Shown piece after piece: positions 26,567 to 39,489 of a stretch of DNA of 64,000 bases. Position 1 is the stretch's first letter; the number at the start of each line of letters is the position of its first letter. The notes under the pieces are model-generated. The model saw only the letters and a program-made list of their open reading frames with translations. It did not search any database and was not told the origin of the DNA. Source of the stretch: Octopus sinensis (lineage: Eukaryota); assembly GCF_006345805.1 (NCBI RefSeq), contig NC_042997.1, positions 93,186,001 through 93,250,000 on the forward strand, written 5' to 3'. The position numbers and the translations under genes are program-made.

Positions 26567-28295
26567 GACATATATATATATATGTATATGTAGGTGTATA
26601 TGCATGCATACACATACACACACATTACTTGTGTAGCAAAATATAAACATACATATAATCTTAAGCTTATCTACATACATGCGTGCATGAGATATATGTG
26701 CGCGTATATCTATATACGTGTGTGTGTGAGTACATAAAGAAAGACAGAAAGAAAGAAAGAAAGAAAGTGAGAGATATAGATAAAAACATATATGTCCGCG
26801 TGCATATTCTTCTGGGGTATCTATATACACTGGACTATATTTCAACAACAAAAATAAATAAATAAATTAGTAATATGAGATAACGTATACACAAACAAAT
26901 TGGAAAGTGAAATTTTCGTCAAATATAGGTCAGTCGGCTAAAATTAAATGAAATTGTTAAAGAAAGCAGGCGGAACAAGCTTACAAATCTCTAATTGCGT
27001 TTCAATCCCGTTACCTGACATAGGTAAGTCCAGCCATCTCCAATTATTTGTATATAATTCTTAATTATGAATATAGTTAGAAATTTCTTTAACAAGTATG
27101 TATATAATGTATGTAAGTACGTATATCATCTATACGTACGTAGCTGGATAGATATTTGTGTGAATGTATGTATGTATATGGATATATATATATTCAGTAG
27201 TATTGTTAGAATCTTTGAATGTTATAAAATTTTCGTCACGTTTCATTTTGCTTGTTTAAAAAACAGTAGAAATAATTGAGTGCCTTTAAATGTCAGACCG
27301 CAGCAACAGTATAGATTTCTGTGTCAAGCAGGTACATTCAGAATATGACAGAATCGTCCGTTTCTTATCACCTTCATCTCTGTGTACCAAATGTCTAGCG
27401 AAGCTTCAAGAAAATTTCCATTCATAACATATATATTAGCAGACAAAAAAATATTCGTTTCAGATTTTAGCAGAAGGTTGGAAATTTCTGGGTAGGGGTA
27501 AGTCGATTCAACATGTACTTATGTTATTGACCCCGAAATTTTCGACTTACTCTGCCCGTTTCTTTGGACTGGAACAAGCTCATCTCGTAGGAACATTGAT
27601 ATGTTACTGAAATTCCAAAACATGGAACAGTAATTAAGAAAACATCCACAACAAATATCTCCATAAAAAATCTCACAAATACATTAATACACACGCTTGG
27701 GTATGTATGTATGTATGTATGCATGTATGTATGTATGTATGTATGTATGTATGTATGTATGTATGTGTACGTACATGCATATGTGTGTGTATGTGTGTGT
27801 ATACAGAGTGGCACCTTGGACAAGTGCCTTCTAAAACAGCCCCCGACCCATGCCTGGTGAATGGATTTGGTAGACGGGAACTGAAAGTATGTGTGTATAT
27901 ATAGGTTGGGATATTTTCTTTATAGAAACAGCCTGATACACGTACAAACGTTTCAGATCTATTAGATTCTCATCAGATGCAAGTAAAATTTTTATCAATT
28001 TGTAACGGTTGTACGTTCGTGGTTGTGTGACAGCAAGTTCACTTTACATCGAAGTGACTCCAGAATAATTTAATTTCCACTTGGCGGTACATTTGACAAG
28101 GGATTTCTGTCTAGACTCGGTTTGATTTATACTTTGTGAATGCAGTTTAATGAACGGAAACGTTTCACAACCCCACCTACTACACATACGTACATACATA
28201 CATGCATGCATACATACATGCATACATGCATACATTTGTGTGTGTGTGGGTGTGTGGTATTGAACACACGCGCGCGCACAAACACGAGTTACTCT

Positions 28296-28503
28296 TTTAC
28301 TTGTTTCAGTCATTTAGCTGTGGCCATGCTGGAGCACCGCCTTTTAGTCGAGCAAATCGACCCAGGACTTATTCTTTGTAAGCCTAGTACCTATTCTATC
28401 GGTCTCTTTTGCCGAACCGCTAAGTTACGGGAACGTAAACACACCAGCATCGGTTGTCAAGCGATGTTGGGGGAATAAACACAGACACACAAACATATAC
28501 ACA

Positions 28504-28591
<88 letters not shown>

Positions 28592-28746
28592 CGACGGGTT
28601 TCTTTCAGTTTCCGTCTACCAAATCCACTCACAAGGCTTTAGTCAGCCCAAGGCTATAGTAGAAGACACTTGCCCAAGGTGCCACGCAGTGGGGCTCAAC
28701 CTGGAACCATGTGGTTGGTAATCAAGCTACTTACCACACAGCCACT
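28296..28746 (-). mobile_element. SINE family B, full-length with internal microsatellite
   Basis: Head at 28590-28746, (CA)n(TA)n core, 3' part ending ccagcatggccacagctaaatgactgaaacaagtaaaagag. Confidence 0.9.
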
Positions 28747-29744
28747 CAAATGCCCATAGAAGTTACGGAAAAATTTTATGAGTGTGTATGTCATTGACCA
28801 TTTATGTCTTTATGTTTTTGACATCACCGGCCAAAACGGTAATTTATCTAATTGGTAAAAATATAGTTTTAAAATAAGTACACTGTATCATATGATCACC
28901 TGCCTCCCGTAGACTATAAAGCAAAGCTATATGAAAACAGAAATTTGCAGCAAAGTTGTGTGATAGTGGTGTCAGTCGTAGTATGCAGACCATCATATAA
29001 TTTTTATTCTCTTCTTCCGTTTATTCTATTCTTCCGTTTCATTTGACATGCGCATTGAGTTTTTATTCTTCTCTTCCGTTTTTTGAATTCAGTGTGCACG
29101 TGTGCATTGCGTGTTCATATTTCGCTTTCCGGTTTTTATTCAAAACTGTTGATATATCACAACCTTACACGAACGTGCGTTCGTGAGGAGCACTATTCGC
29201 TCCGATCGTTGTAAAAATAATATAAACAGATAATACAACCAAACTTTGTAGAATTCCCAACAGCGATAGACACATAATAATGGAAAATATTGTATTGCAA
29301 AACCAGATTTACATATAACTCGCAAGCAACATGCATACGTCAAAAATAGGATGACTTCATCACCGATGATGTGAAATGGCAAAAACGCGTATTTTTGGAA
29401 ACATATTTTCATAGCCAAAATAGGAATATGATGACGTGGAAAATATGAAACCAATGACGTGGATCACTGACAGTCTAACTATAAAAGTATAGCTACAAAA
29501 TCTATATAAATACTGGTTATAATATATGCATAAACAAAAACTGCCCACTATAAACTGTGGTAGTAGAGAAGAGGACGCCATTCCATGTCCCGAAGACCAT
29601 GAGGGTCCCGAAGACCATGAGGGAAACGTAGATAGAAATGAATTAAGAACTTTATCGCGCCAAACTAACTACATTGATTTGATATGTAGGCACGAAAACA
29701 AAAAAACAAAACAAAAAACAATGAAAATGTAATAATTAGAACAC

Positions 29745-29889
29745 AGTCGTCATTTCAGGACATGCAGTGAAGAGCTTTGTAGAAATGGTATCGCCTTGTT
29801 TCAGGCTTTTCCTGGGTGGAACTCTTACGGATAGTGATAGCAGAGCAATATCGGTTGTACATCCCGAGTTCACCCCGTTGAGAAGTTTG

Positions 29890-29893
<4 letters not shown>
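29745..29893 (-). mobile_element. RTE-clade reverse transcriptase fragment
   Basis: RKSLKQGDTISTKLFTACPE resembles RTE motif RGVRQGDTISPKLF. Confidence 0.7.
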
Positions 29894-29938
<45 letters not shown>

Positions 29939-30091
29939 TTGTAATATAATATGTGACAATTATTCGGTTGCTATGATAAGACTCCGAGTTTCAGATGTCG
30001 GGGCGGAAACCTGCACCGGCATCTCTTCAGTTATCGAGGCAATTAAAATATGCTAGGAAAATGACTGGAGTTTTATTTACATATATATATA

Positions 30092-30154
<63 letters not shown>

Positions 30155-30156
<2 letters not shown>

Positions 30157-31365
30157 GGTCATCCCATAAATAATGCAGATTTTTTAATTGCATGAACTAA
30201 AAGTCGGAGGGGGACAGGATAAACTACCTGCATCAACTTGCTCTAAAAGGAGGTTGCAATTTTACCTTGGTCTTATTCTTATTACAAGTTTTGAAGAGAG
30301 CAGTTCGATTTTAACAAGTATTTTTTCAAAGCTATAATGGAAGTGACACTGAAGCATATTCAGCATATTTTTCTTCATGAGTTCAATGAAGGCAATAATG
30401 CAACGGAAAGTGCGAGCAATATTAATGCAGTATTTGGGGATCGGATAATTAGCGTAAACCAGTGTCAGCGGCGGTTCCAGAAGTTCCGAGCCAGAAACTA
30501 CAGCCTAGAAGACAAGCATTGCACAGGAAGATCTGTAGAGTTCGACGAGGACGTCGTGCGGACCCTGATAAAACATAATCTCATCGTAACTGTTAAGGAA
30601 CTAGAAGAGTAGCTTGGATTTAGTCATTCAACCATTGATCGACATCTGTGTGCCATCGGAAAAGTCAGCAAAATTGGTCATTCTTCACAAACTTTCCGAG
30701 TATAAACCTGCTTAGAGAGTGAATGTGTGCTCTTCTTTGGTGTCACGTCTAATCAATGAACCTTTTTTGGGGCGAATAATGACTGGTAACGAGAAATGGG
30801 TTCTCTTTAAAAATATCATGCACCGAAGACAGTGGGTACGGAAAGGAGAAACACCGGCACCCCAGGCTAAAGAAGGTATTCACCCACGTAAGGTATTGCT
30901 ATCTGTTTGGTAGAATATAAAAGATTTAGCCGACTTTGGACTTCTAACCCCAAGTCAAACGATAACAAAGGAGATCCACTGTGAGCAGCTTGAGCGGCTT
31001 AAGTCAGCGCTAGAAGAAAAACGAGCGTCTTTGGTTTCAAGATGAAGTGTGTTCTTCCATCAGGATAATGATCGGCCACATACAGCAAGGATGACATTCC
31101 AAAGATTGGAGCAGTTTGAATTGGAATCGATGCCCCACTCACCATATTCACTGGACAGTGTCCCATCTGATTATCATTTATTCTGCAGTCTTCAAAATCA
31201 TTTGAACGCAAAAAAAATGAATTCTGTAGATGAGGTCAGAACAGTACTGGAGGAGTATTTTCCGTCACAGACAAGTGAATTTTAGAAGAGGGTCCTTGTA
31301 ATTCTACCAGATAGATGGAAGAGCATTATAGAACACGAAGAAGAGTATATATTATATTAAAAAAG
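30155..31365 (+). mobile_element. mariner (DD34D) transposon pseudocopy lacking the right TIR
   Basis: TA plus left TIR. MEVTLKHIQHIFLHEF, IMTGNEKW, HQDNDRPH, SPYSLDSVPSDYHLF. Stops and frameshifts present. Confidence 0.92.
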
Positions 31366-32336
31366 AACTTTATGACTATTAGGCAGCTAACAGTAAATAT
31401 TTTGTACGTTTAAGAGTAGTAACTTTGAGTCTTTGAGAGATATGGCAGATCAGACAACAGAAGATATGTGTCAAGTACGTGAAGTACTGGATAAACCAGA
31501 GGCGATATACACTTGCTGCCAAGAGTAATCAGTTCGAAACTGGAACTCTGAACAGTTATCTGACCTGAAGTACTAATAAGTAATATTGTGTGGAAGAAAC
31601 ATTAGAGAGAGTTGCCTAGTTAAAGCGACACCACTAATAAGAGATGCTATCCATCAACTCTGAATATTTCAGATAAGAATGACTTGTCTTACAAAATTGC
31701 CTGTCCCAATGATATGCAAATTTTTACCCCTGTTTATGTCTGATTTTATTTTTATTTTTCTAATACAGAATTAAAGTCAACTTTAACTCGTTCCTGATTC
31801 TTCTTAATGTTTCATTTTGTTACTCGCAGCTGTGTTCTGGACTACAACTTTTCCTTTACATAGTCAATATTACAGCGCTACATGCATTACTTGAACACCA
31901 TCATCAGCGCATACAATCAAATTAAATTATATTTAAAGATTACATATAAATTTAGTCCGAATATTAATCTAGCATTGAAGAAGGAATACATTTGTTTAAG
32001 CATGAATATGTAATTGTTTATTGAAAGACTATTCAAAGAACCAAAAACGTGACCTGTAATTTGTTAATTTGATATTTTATGCAAGTTGAAAGGACAAACT
32101 GTTGGCTTCTCAGCTAATGTGTTGCTAATTGATATGTTGTTTCTGGAGTTGCACTACTGAAATACCAAATCCCTGAAACCTTTGTTGCTTTATTCATTTA
32201 TGAGGTTAAAAGCAGAATACTTAAGGAGATAGATCTTTGAAACAGATGCATGAATGTATATACTGTGTTGAGAGCGTATCTTCATATGCAAATAATAATA
32301 ATAATGGAAGTCAAAAAAAAAAAGAAATAGACCAGG

Positions 32337-32745
32337 AATGGCTGTGTGGTAAGTAACTTGCTTACCAGCCACATGGTTCCGGGTTCAGTCCCACTGCGTG
32401 GCACCTTGGGCAAGTATCTTCTACTATAGCCTCGAGCAGACCAAAGCCTTGTGAGTGGATTTTGTAGACGGAAGCTGAAAGAAGCCCGTCATATATATGT
32501 ATATATATGCATGCATATATGTGTATATGTTTGTGTGTTTGAGTTTGTCCTCCCCGCCTCAACATCGCTTAACAACCGATGCTGGTATGTTTACATCCCC
32601 GTAACTTAGGGGTTCGGCAAAAGAGACTGATAGAATAAGTACTAGGCTTCCAAAGAATAAGTCCTGGGATCGATTTGCTCAACTAAAGGTGATGCTCCAA
32701 CATGGCCACAGTCAAATGACTGAAACAAGTAAAAGAGTAAGAGTA
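32337..32745 (+). mobile_element. SINE family B, full-length
   Basis: Head, microsatellite core, and tail catggccacagtcaaatgactgaaacaagtaaaagagtaagagtaa. Confidence 0.92.
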
Positions 32746-32747
32746 AT

Positions 32748-32860
32748 CATCTTGAGTATGAAATGGCCCGGCTATGGAAAATCAAGAAGAAGATAGTGCC
32801 AGTTATTGTTGCGTCCTTGGGGACAGTATTAGATATTTGAAAAGAACAGATAGCACGATA
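32748..32860 (+). mobile_element. R4/Dong-like RLE non-LTR 3' fragment
   Basis: LEYEMARLWKIKKKIVPVIVASLGTV resembles the EIxRLW...VPIVIGALG restriction-like endonuclease end. Confidence 0.5.
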
Positions 32861-33589
32861 CCATAGGCTACAGGTAGCAAACCCGCTACGCATGCAAAAC
32901 TCCAAGGGTTACAACAAAACTTCAGCTAAAAGGAATAATGATAATAATAAATGCATAAATAAGCGAAGTTCGACTGAGATTAAATGGCCTGCATGCTTTT
33001 ATCGCTGTAAGTAGCAGTATCAGTGAAATTTTTGCAAACCATTCCTAGAACTGTGAGTAAGTATTCAGAAAACAGAATAATTCCCATGTGATACAGGCGA
33101 CATTGACCGCAGTTCATCAAAACAAAATTTGGTTATCATGGAGAGACTTTAGACGTAACTATTACATTTTCTTTGCCATTGTTTACATGTATGTTTTATC
33201 AATGTTTGTTATCTGCTTTAGTCGTAATCAGTTTATAGGGGTAAATATAAATAGAAGTACACGTAAACTATTTGATTGTGTGTAGTTATGGATTATAAAT
33301 ATAGTAGCTTTATGTTTGTTTAAAATCACTTAGCTTCGCCTTTGATCCCATTACAAGTGTCTTGCAACGCATACACAAATCCGCGCGCTTGTGTACGTCT
33401 GCATCAGCAAAGACTTGTGCGATCAATGTGTCGACGAAAATTAAATTATGATATTTATATAGTGGTTACGCGTCTTTACACACAAGTCACTTTGTCTTTT
33501 CTCTTTATAATGAGGATAAAATAAGAAGCAAGCAAAGTACTGAGAGCTTTGCTTGATTGCAAAGATCACATTCTGCGGTGGTGTTGGGA

Positions 33590-34190
33590 GAATGGCAAGA
33601 CATCCTTTTGTACCCCCCCACCAAAAAAAAAACGCCCTTCTTTTAATTTAATTTTTTCACACACACACACACCCGTTTTCGGCTACAGAGAATACGAATC
33701 TGCAAAATAATCTGCATTTTGAAATTACCCCCTCCCCCATTCACTAAATTCTTCATTTTCAACTTTTTTTTGTTAAAATATGCGGAAAATACGGAGATAA
33801 TGATTCTAAAAAAATTTCTAAAAATTTTTCTACTTAGGATTAGGGTTAGGGTTAGGATTTTAGGATTAGGGATAGAGTTTTAGGGTTATGGTTAGGGTTT
33901 TAGGGTTAGGGTTAGGGTTTTAGCGTTAGAGTTTTAGGGTTAGGGTTTTATGGTTAAGGTTAGGGTTAGGGTTTTAGGGTTAGGATTGGGGTTTTAGGGT
34001 CAGGGTTAAGGAAAAAAGTGAAAAATGAAGAAATTGGGGGTAGAGGGGTGAGAGGTCAAGCAATTGCAAAATTCTGATTTTTGGCAATATTCCTGAATCT
34101 CTGTATCCGAAAACGTGACGTTTTGACAAAAAAAAATTAAAAAGAACATTAATTTGCGAGAAAATGGGGTGGGAGGAAGAAGTCTTTCTG
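33590..34190. mobile_element. inverted-repeat element (MITE-like) enclosing a telomere-like array
   Basis: Left cgttttcggctacagaga...ttcttcattttcaactttttt is inverted to right aaaaaagtgaaaaatgaagaa...tctctgtatccgaaaacg. Confidence 0.65.
33834..34011 (+). repeat. interstitial degenerate (TTAGGG)/(TTTTAGGG) array
   Basis: Direct. Confidence 0.92.
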
Positions 34191-34599
34191 GGAGAACTAT
34201 GATCGGCAAAAATCTGGTGTTTCAGCATGGCTGTAGTCCATTGACTGAATTCAGTAAGATTTTTTTTTAAGTAAGAAGTAACGCTAATTGGTTGTGGCGT
34301 TTCGGCATAGGCGAGCAGAAAGGGGGAGGGGGAGGGAGAAAAAATCTAAATTACTACATCCCGCAGTGATCATAGTAGATACCAATAGTACAAACAACAA
34401 TATTCACACAAAACTGCAGGTAGACGCACACCACAAACAAAGTGAAAAGGAATAGACGTTACGGCGTGAGAGACACCGTAACGTCTATTACAAAAACACT
34501 AATGATTTGCGCTCTGGTTTTTTTTCTATTTTTGCGTTTCAGCGCTTTGATCTTGAACTGAACTATTCAACAGTTTATCTTCTTTATCTTGTTTTGCTC

Positions 34600-37130
34600 T
34601 ATTTCTTCTGCCATTTTGGATGATTTTGGAGGATGTCGCATGTGTGTGACTCAGTCAACATTTTGATAGCGCTTTGTAAAGTTTTGTCATCTTTCTTTTC
34701 TTTTTTTCTCTCCTTCATTCTTTCTTTTTTCTTCTTTCCCCCCACCTTATTCTTGTATATTCGTTGCTCTTTATCTCCCAATCACCGACGACTGCCGATT
34801 GGGGCGGGGGTTGCCACCACTTTGACCTTCACCATTCTTGGTGGCGGAGGCATGCGCCGAACGACCAAGTGGAGCGACTATGTGACAATAGATCAACCTC
34901 TGACCTCTTATTCTCCACCAACTTCGGTACGCTCGAGAGAAGCTAACCTCTCTCCACCACGGATTTCGAACGGAATTAACACGACCAACCCCTCTACTCC
35001 TACAACTTTCAACCCACCATCACCAGATCTTCGTTCCAGACCCACCAATGGAAAAGGAATTAACCCTGCCAACCCACCACAACTTTTAACCCTACTGTTT
35101 CAGGTACAGGAATTGATGGCCGTAGGCTTCAACACCTCAAGGACGGTATCTCTTTATCGGCTGGTGACGCCGGACTTGAGATCTTGGAGAGTTTGACTTA
35201 GTTTGTGAATCAGTTCCCTTCAGTGAACGTTCTTCCTTATATCCGCCCACTATTTCGGGGAAAAATTATTCGGGCTCACCAAACTCAATGGAGACCTGCG
35301 CCCCATTGCGGTCGGCTGCACCCTTCGCCGTCTCACTTTATTATTATTAGAGGAGGGATGAATTTCCCCCACTCAGCTAGGTGTAGGCACCAAATTTGGA
35401 TGTGAAGTTGCTGCCCACGCTACCAGAGCCTATTCCAACTTGCCCTCCTTGTCACCGAAGGTCATCTTCAAACTTGACCTAAAGAATGCCTTCAACTCCA
35501 TCAGCGCGATGCTGTCCTTAGCTCAGTAAGAGAGGAGGTCCCACAACTCTATCGTCTCTTTCGGTGACCAAATCATCACCTCCGCCTCAGGAGTCCAACA
35601 GAGCGACCCACTCAGGCCCGCTCTGTTCGCACTGGGCATTGATGACATCACCAAAATGGGCGTCGAGCTACACCTCAACGTCAGGTATCTCGACGATGCT
35701 TGTTTGGAGGGTTCTCCGGACAGGGTTTTCGGCATTACAAACATGATGGCTGGAGAGCTTGGTTGCAATTGCTGAAAAAATATTGAAGCTATCGAACCTC
35801 ATCAAGGTTTCTTCATACTTAGGAATTACCTCTCGATCCCTAAGTTTCTATATTTACTCAGAGTCAGCTCATCTTACCGATTCCCATCGTGCCTCCAACG
35901 CTTCGACAACCTAATCTTTGAGAGACTCGAATGCTTAGTCAGTGTCAGACTCTCTCCAACGTCCCACGACCAGGTTGCATTGCCCAAGCGATTTTGAGGT
36001 CTTGGTCTTCGTAAGTGTTCGTCCCTCTCTCTCTCCTGTTTCCTTTCTTCCACCCACACCTGCTCCACCCTAGTGAGCAACATCCTCTCCTCTCCAACAT
36101 AGACCAGTCCCAACAGGGAGATGGATGAAACTCTCCAACACTGGAGGAAATTGGGCTTGTCTGCTCCTGAGAAGGTGGAGGACTGTTGGTGTCAGATAGC
36201 TTGGGACAACATAATTTCGAAGGCCACCTTTGACTTCCTCTTAATCCAGACAAGTTTTCAAGTGCCAAATACTCAGGTGACTGGATTGATGCTATCGCTG
36301 TGGCTAATGTTGGTGGCCTACTCAGCTTGGACGAACTTCGTGCCTCCATTGCCCTCAGAGTGGGAGCTGACGTATGTACAGGTTTGATCTGTCGTTATGG
36401 CAGGCTCCTCGACTTCACAGGCCTCTATGGCCTTACTTACCGCCTGAATGCTGGTCGCTTCACGCATCATACGGAGTTGAACCTGATACTCATGAGGAAC
36501 CTGGCCCGAGCAAACATCCCCTCCATCTTGGAACCGTCTGGATTGTCCAGATGTGATGGGAAGAGACCTGGCGACCTCACACTGTGCCCCTGGTCGCAAG
36601 GCAGATGCTTTGTGTGGGATGTCATAGTTAGCAACTCTTTAGCTTCTTCTCACATCCTGGATGCTGTGGTCAGGGCGAGATCCACAGCTTCTGCGGCCGA
36701 ATGGAGCAAAATCCTGAAATACCACGATCTGTCGGCCAGCTACATTTTCCATCCTTTGGCGTTCGGGACGTTTGGTGGGGTCGGACTATTAACTGCGAGA
36801 TTCCTGTCTTCACTGGCAACTCGCCTTGCAGAGGTAACTGATGAGGCTCGTGAGGGCGCTTGTCTGTTCCAGCGCATCAGCCTCGCCATCACCCGCAGCA
36901 ACGCTGTAAGCGTGCTGGCGTGTCTCAATAGCCATTAGAGAAGTTTCTCAGCGCCCCAACTTTTCAACCCAAGGTGACGAATTGTTTTAGTTTTTTTCTT
37001 TTTTCTCTTCTTTCTTTTTCTCTTTTTTAAAAGTTTTTTTTTTCAATTGTGTTCTCTGTTTTGTCCAGTTTTCTTGCTTGATTTTTTAAAAACGGTAAAC
37101 ACTGTGAAGGCAATAAAAGGAATATACATG
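34600..37130 (+). mobile_element. CRE-clade (RLE) non-LTR retrotransposon, decayed
   Basis: QHLKDG...LT*FVN, DLRPIAVGCTLRRL (35293-35334), KLDLKNAFNSI, SGVQQSDPL, YLDD (35686-97), and LEPSGLSRCDGKRPGD...WDV...QRISLAITRSNA (36300-36938). T-rich 3' UTR. The 5' boundary is approximate. Confidence 0.88.
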
Positions 37131-37151
37131 CATGAAATTATCTCTTTAAAG

Positions 37152-37688
37152 CAGCGCATCTTAAACTTTTTTCATTCATGACTCCATTTTCATCACGAAA
37201 TATTCGCAACCCCAGGTATTAGATATGAAATAAAACCTCAGGTATTAGATTTGAAATAAAACACAAATAAATACATAAATCATTTTAATTTTTTGCTGAA
37301 CAATATACATATAAAAAGCAGTTATATTATTTGTCAAAATAAAAGTAGCTTTAAGATTTGTTTCAAGTACAAACCAAAGTAAAAATCAATGTGACGGATA
37401 TACTTGCTTTTTGCTGCATAACAAATTAAATCATGGTGTAAATTTTAACGCTGCTGAACGTAAAGCATCTTTTACGTTTTTCAGCGTCGAACGATATTTT
37501 GAGTTAAAGCTGAAAATGTCGTTTCACATAAGTATGTGGTGCTAATTGACAAAAGAACTTATATTGCCATTTCAAAAATAACATATAAACTAAAATTTGT
37601 GAAATAACATATAAACTAGAATTCAAGTGTTTGAATTTAATTTTCGCGACCCCACTTGGGACCACAACACATAGTTTAAGAAGCACTG
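37152..37688. mobile_element. hAT (Charlie-like) non-autonomous element
   Basis: 16-bp TIRs cag(c/t)gc(a/t)tcttaaact; 8-bp TSD ctttaaag / ctttagag. Confidence 0.85.
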
Positions 37689-37814
37689 CTTTAGAGCATC
37701 AGGCAACGTTTGTAAGTTTCTCTTTGCAAGGTTAGTTCTGGCGTTAGCGCTTAAACAGTGTAGAGAAAGAGACCCGCAACATTCAAGCAGTTTTAATAAT
37801 GAGGAAAACTAAAG

Positions 37815-38020
37815 GCGGTGAGCTTGGTAGAATCGTTAGCACGCCGGGGCAAAATGCCTAGCGACGTTTCGTCCGTCTTTACGTTTTGAGTTCAAATTCT
37901 GTCGAGGTCGACTTTGTCTTTCAGGGTCGATAAAATAAGTGCCAATTGAATACTGGGGTCGGGGTAATCGACTTACCTCTCCCCCGAATTTGCTGGCCTT
38001 GTGTCAAAACTTGAAACCAA
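37815..38020 (+). mobile_element. SINE family A
   Basis: Consensus match. Confidence 0.85.
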
Positions 38021-39273
38021 TAATTGGGAAATCTTTTGTTTTGATACGAGTATATGGTATAAGTTTTTCTTTCTATTAGGAAAATAATTTGAATACATGT
38101 TGAGCAATATTGATTTATTTTAATTTTCTTTTTAATTAGTTCAAGTTAAACAGAGTGGTGTATTGACGGTATTCATTTTGTATCGACAAAGAATAATCAA
38201 AAACTTTGAACTTTCGTTTCTTTTTTGTAGTTTTAGTGGTCAAAAAACATACAAACGTTACGCAATTATTTTCTTTCTTGCCAATAAATTTTAAATCTTG
38301 TGATTTCCTAAAAAAACAAATTTGGCTTTTTGACAAACGTGTTACATAAGCTCTGAATACCTATATAGTAAGAGAGGGTTGGAATGTATTGAGATGTTCA
38401 TACTTCATCGATGAATTAGCGGCGTGAGAAACTGAAAACTGAAACAATATCAAAGATCTCGGGAACTTACTATCTAAACGATTATTTAGTAAATAAAGGT
38501 CTGTTTTTCTCAGACAGCAGGTGCAGTCTATTGGATGAACTTTCATATATTTATACTACTTAATCCCGTCCAGAAGGATGATACTTAGAGATTAAGCAAG
38601 ATTCGAAATCCGCTCATATGGCGAATGACGTGCAGTAGGCAGGTTTAGTCCGTAACTTGCACTTATTTCATTTGGTTTAGAAATTGCACAAACATCAAGG
38701 AATCTCATTTTGCTTCTAAAGTATTGTACAAATATAATATATTAAGTATTTCGAAATCATCTTTCTCTTCAGATACCAAGAATTGAATCACAAAAATAAT
38801 TTCAATATTACAGATATTGCTGCAGAATTAACGACTTTATTAAATTCATTTTACTAATGTTTAGAATAATCACAAAGCTACAAGCTGTGTTGCTAACGAA
38901 ATATTGCAATGATCCTCTACTGTTCTATTGTTTTTTACCAATCGATCACTCTAATATTGTGCAATTTTGATTTTATACATTGCCACAGAGCCATAAATTT
39001 ATAGAGAAGACGTATTTCATTAAATCGTTCTCAAAATAGTATTGTTAATTATTTTATCAACACTTAAGAAATAAAAGGCAAAACTGAGTCTGGTGGGATG
39101 TGAATCCCACACACATAAATTCCACACGTACTTCGTCGTCTCTGCCACCTCTTAATTATTATATTATGCAATATTATTGCCACAAAAATAAATATCTTAT
39201 TGAATTGAAATACTATTGCATCTAATTTATCTTTTACTCTTTCCAAAGCTGGCAAATAAATACGAGTTATATA

Positions 39274-39489
39274 CGGGGGTGGTGGAAAAGTCCTTGCCTT
39301 TGGATTAAAGAAAATACAGTAGGATCAGTTAATTATGATTTTATTCAACATATTCCCCTCTCAGATTCACACGCTTATTGCAGCCGTCCTCCAGTTTTTC
39401 TAAACCGTATAAAAAAAACTCGGCAAGTTGGACCTCTAGCTAAGCTTTTTGCGATACCCTTAAAGCAGAAACCTTTCAGAACCCGCTCA
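39274..39489 (-). mobile_element. mariner-derived MITE
   Basis: TA flanks and degenerate TIRs; same family as 4216. Confidence 0.6.

Noticed and set aside
27290-27427. 45-codon ATG-to-stop ORF (MSDRSNSIDFCVKQ...)
   Set aside because: Length is within chance expectation and there is no recognisable motif
29587-29622. Exact 18-bp tandem duplication
   Set aside because: A simple local slippage duplication with no further structure
33300-33460. Minus-strand frame FVDTLIAQVFADADVHKRADLC...
   Set aside because: No acceptor or start codon upstream in frame
33834-34011. True chromosome end
   Set aside because: The array is short, degenerate, internal and enclosed by inverted arms
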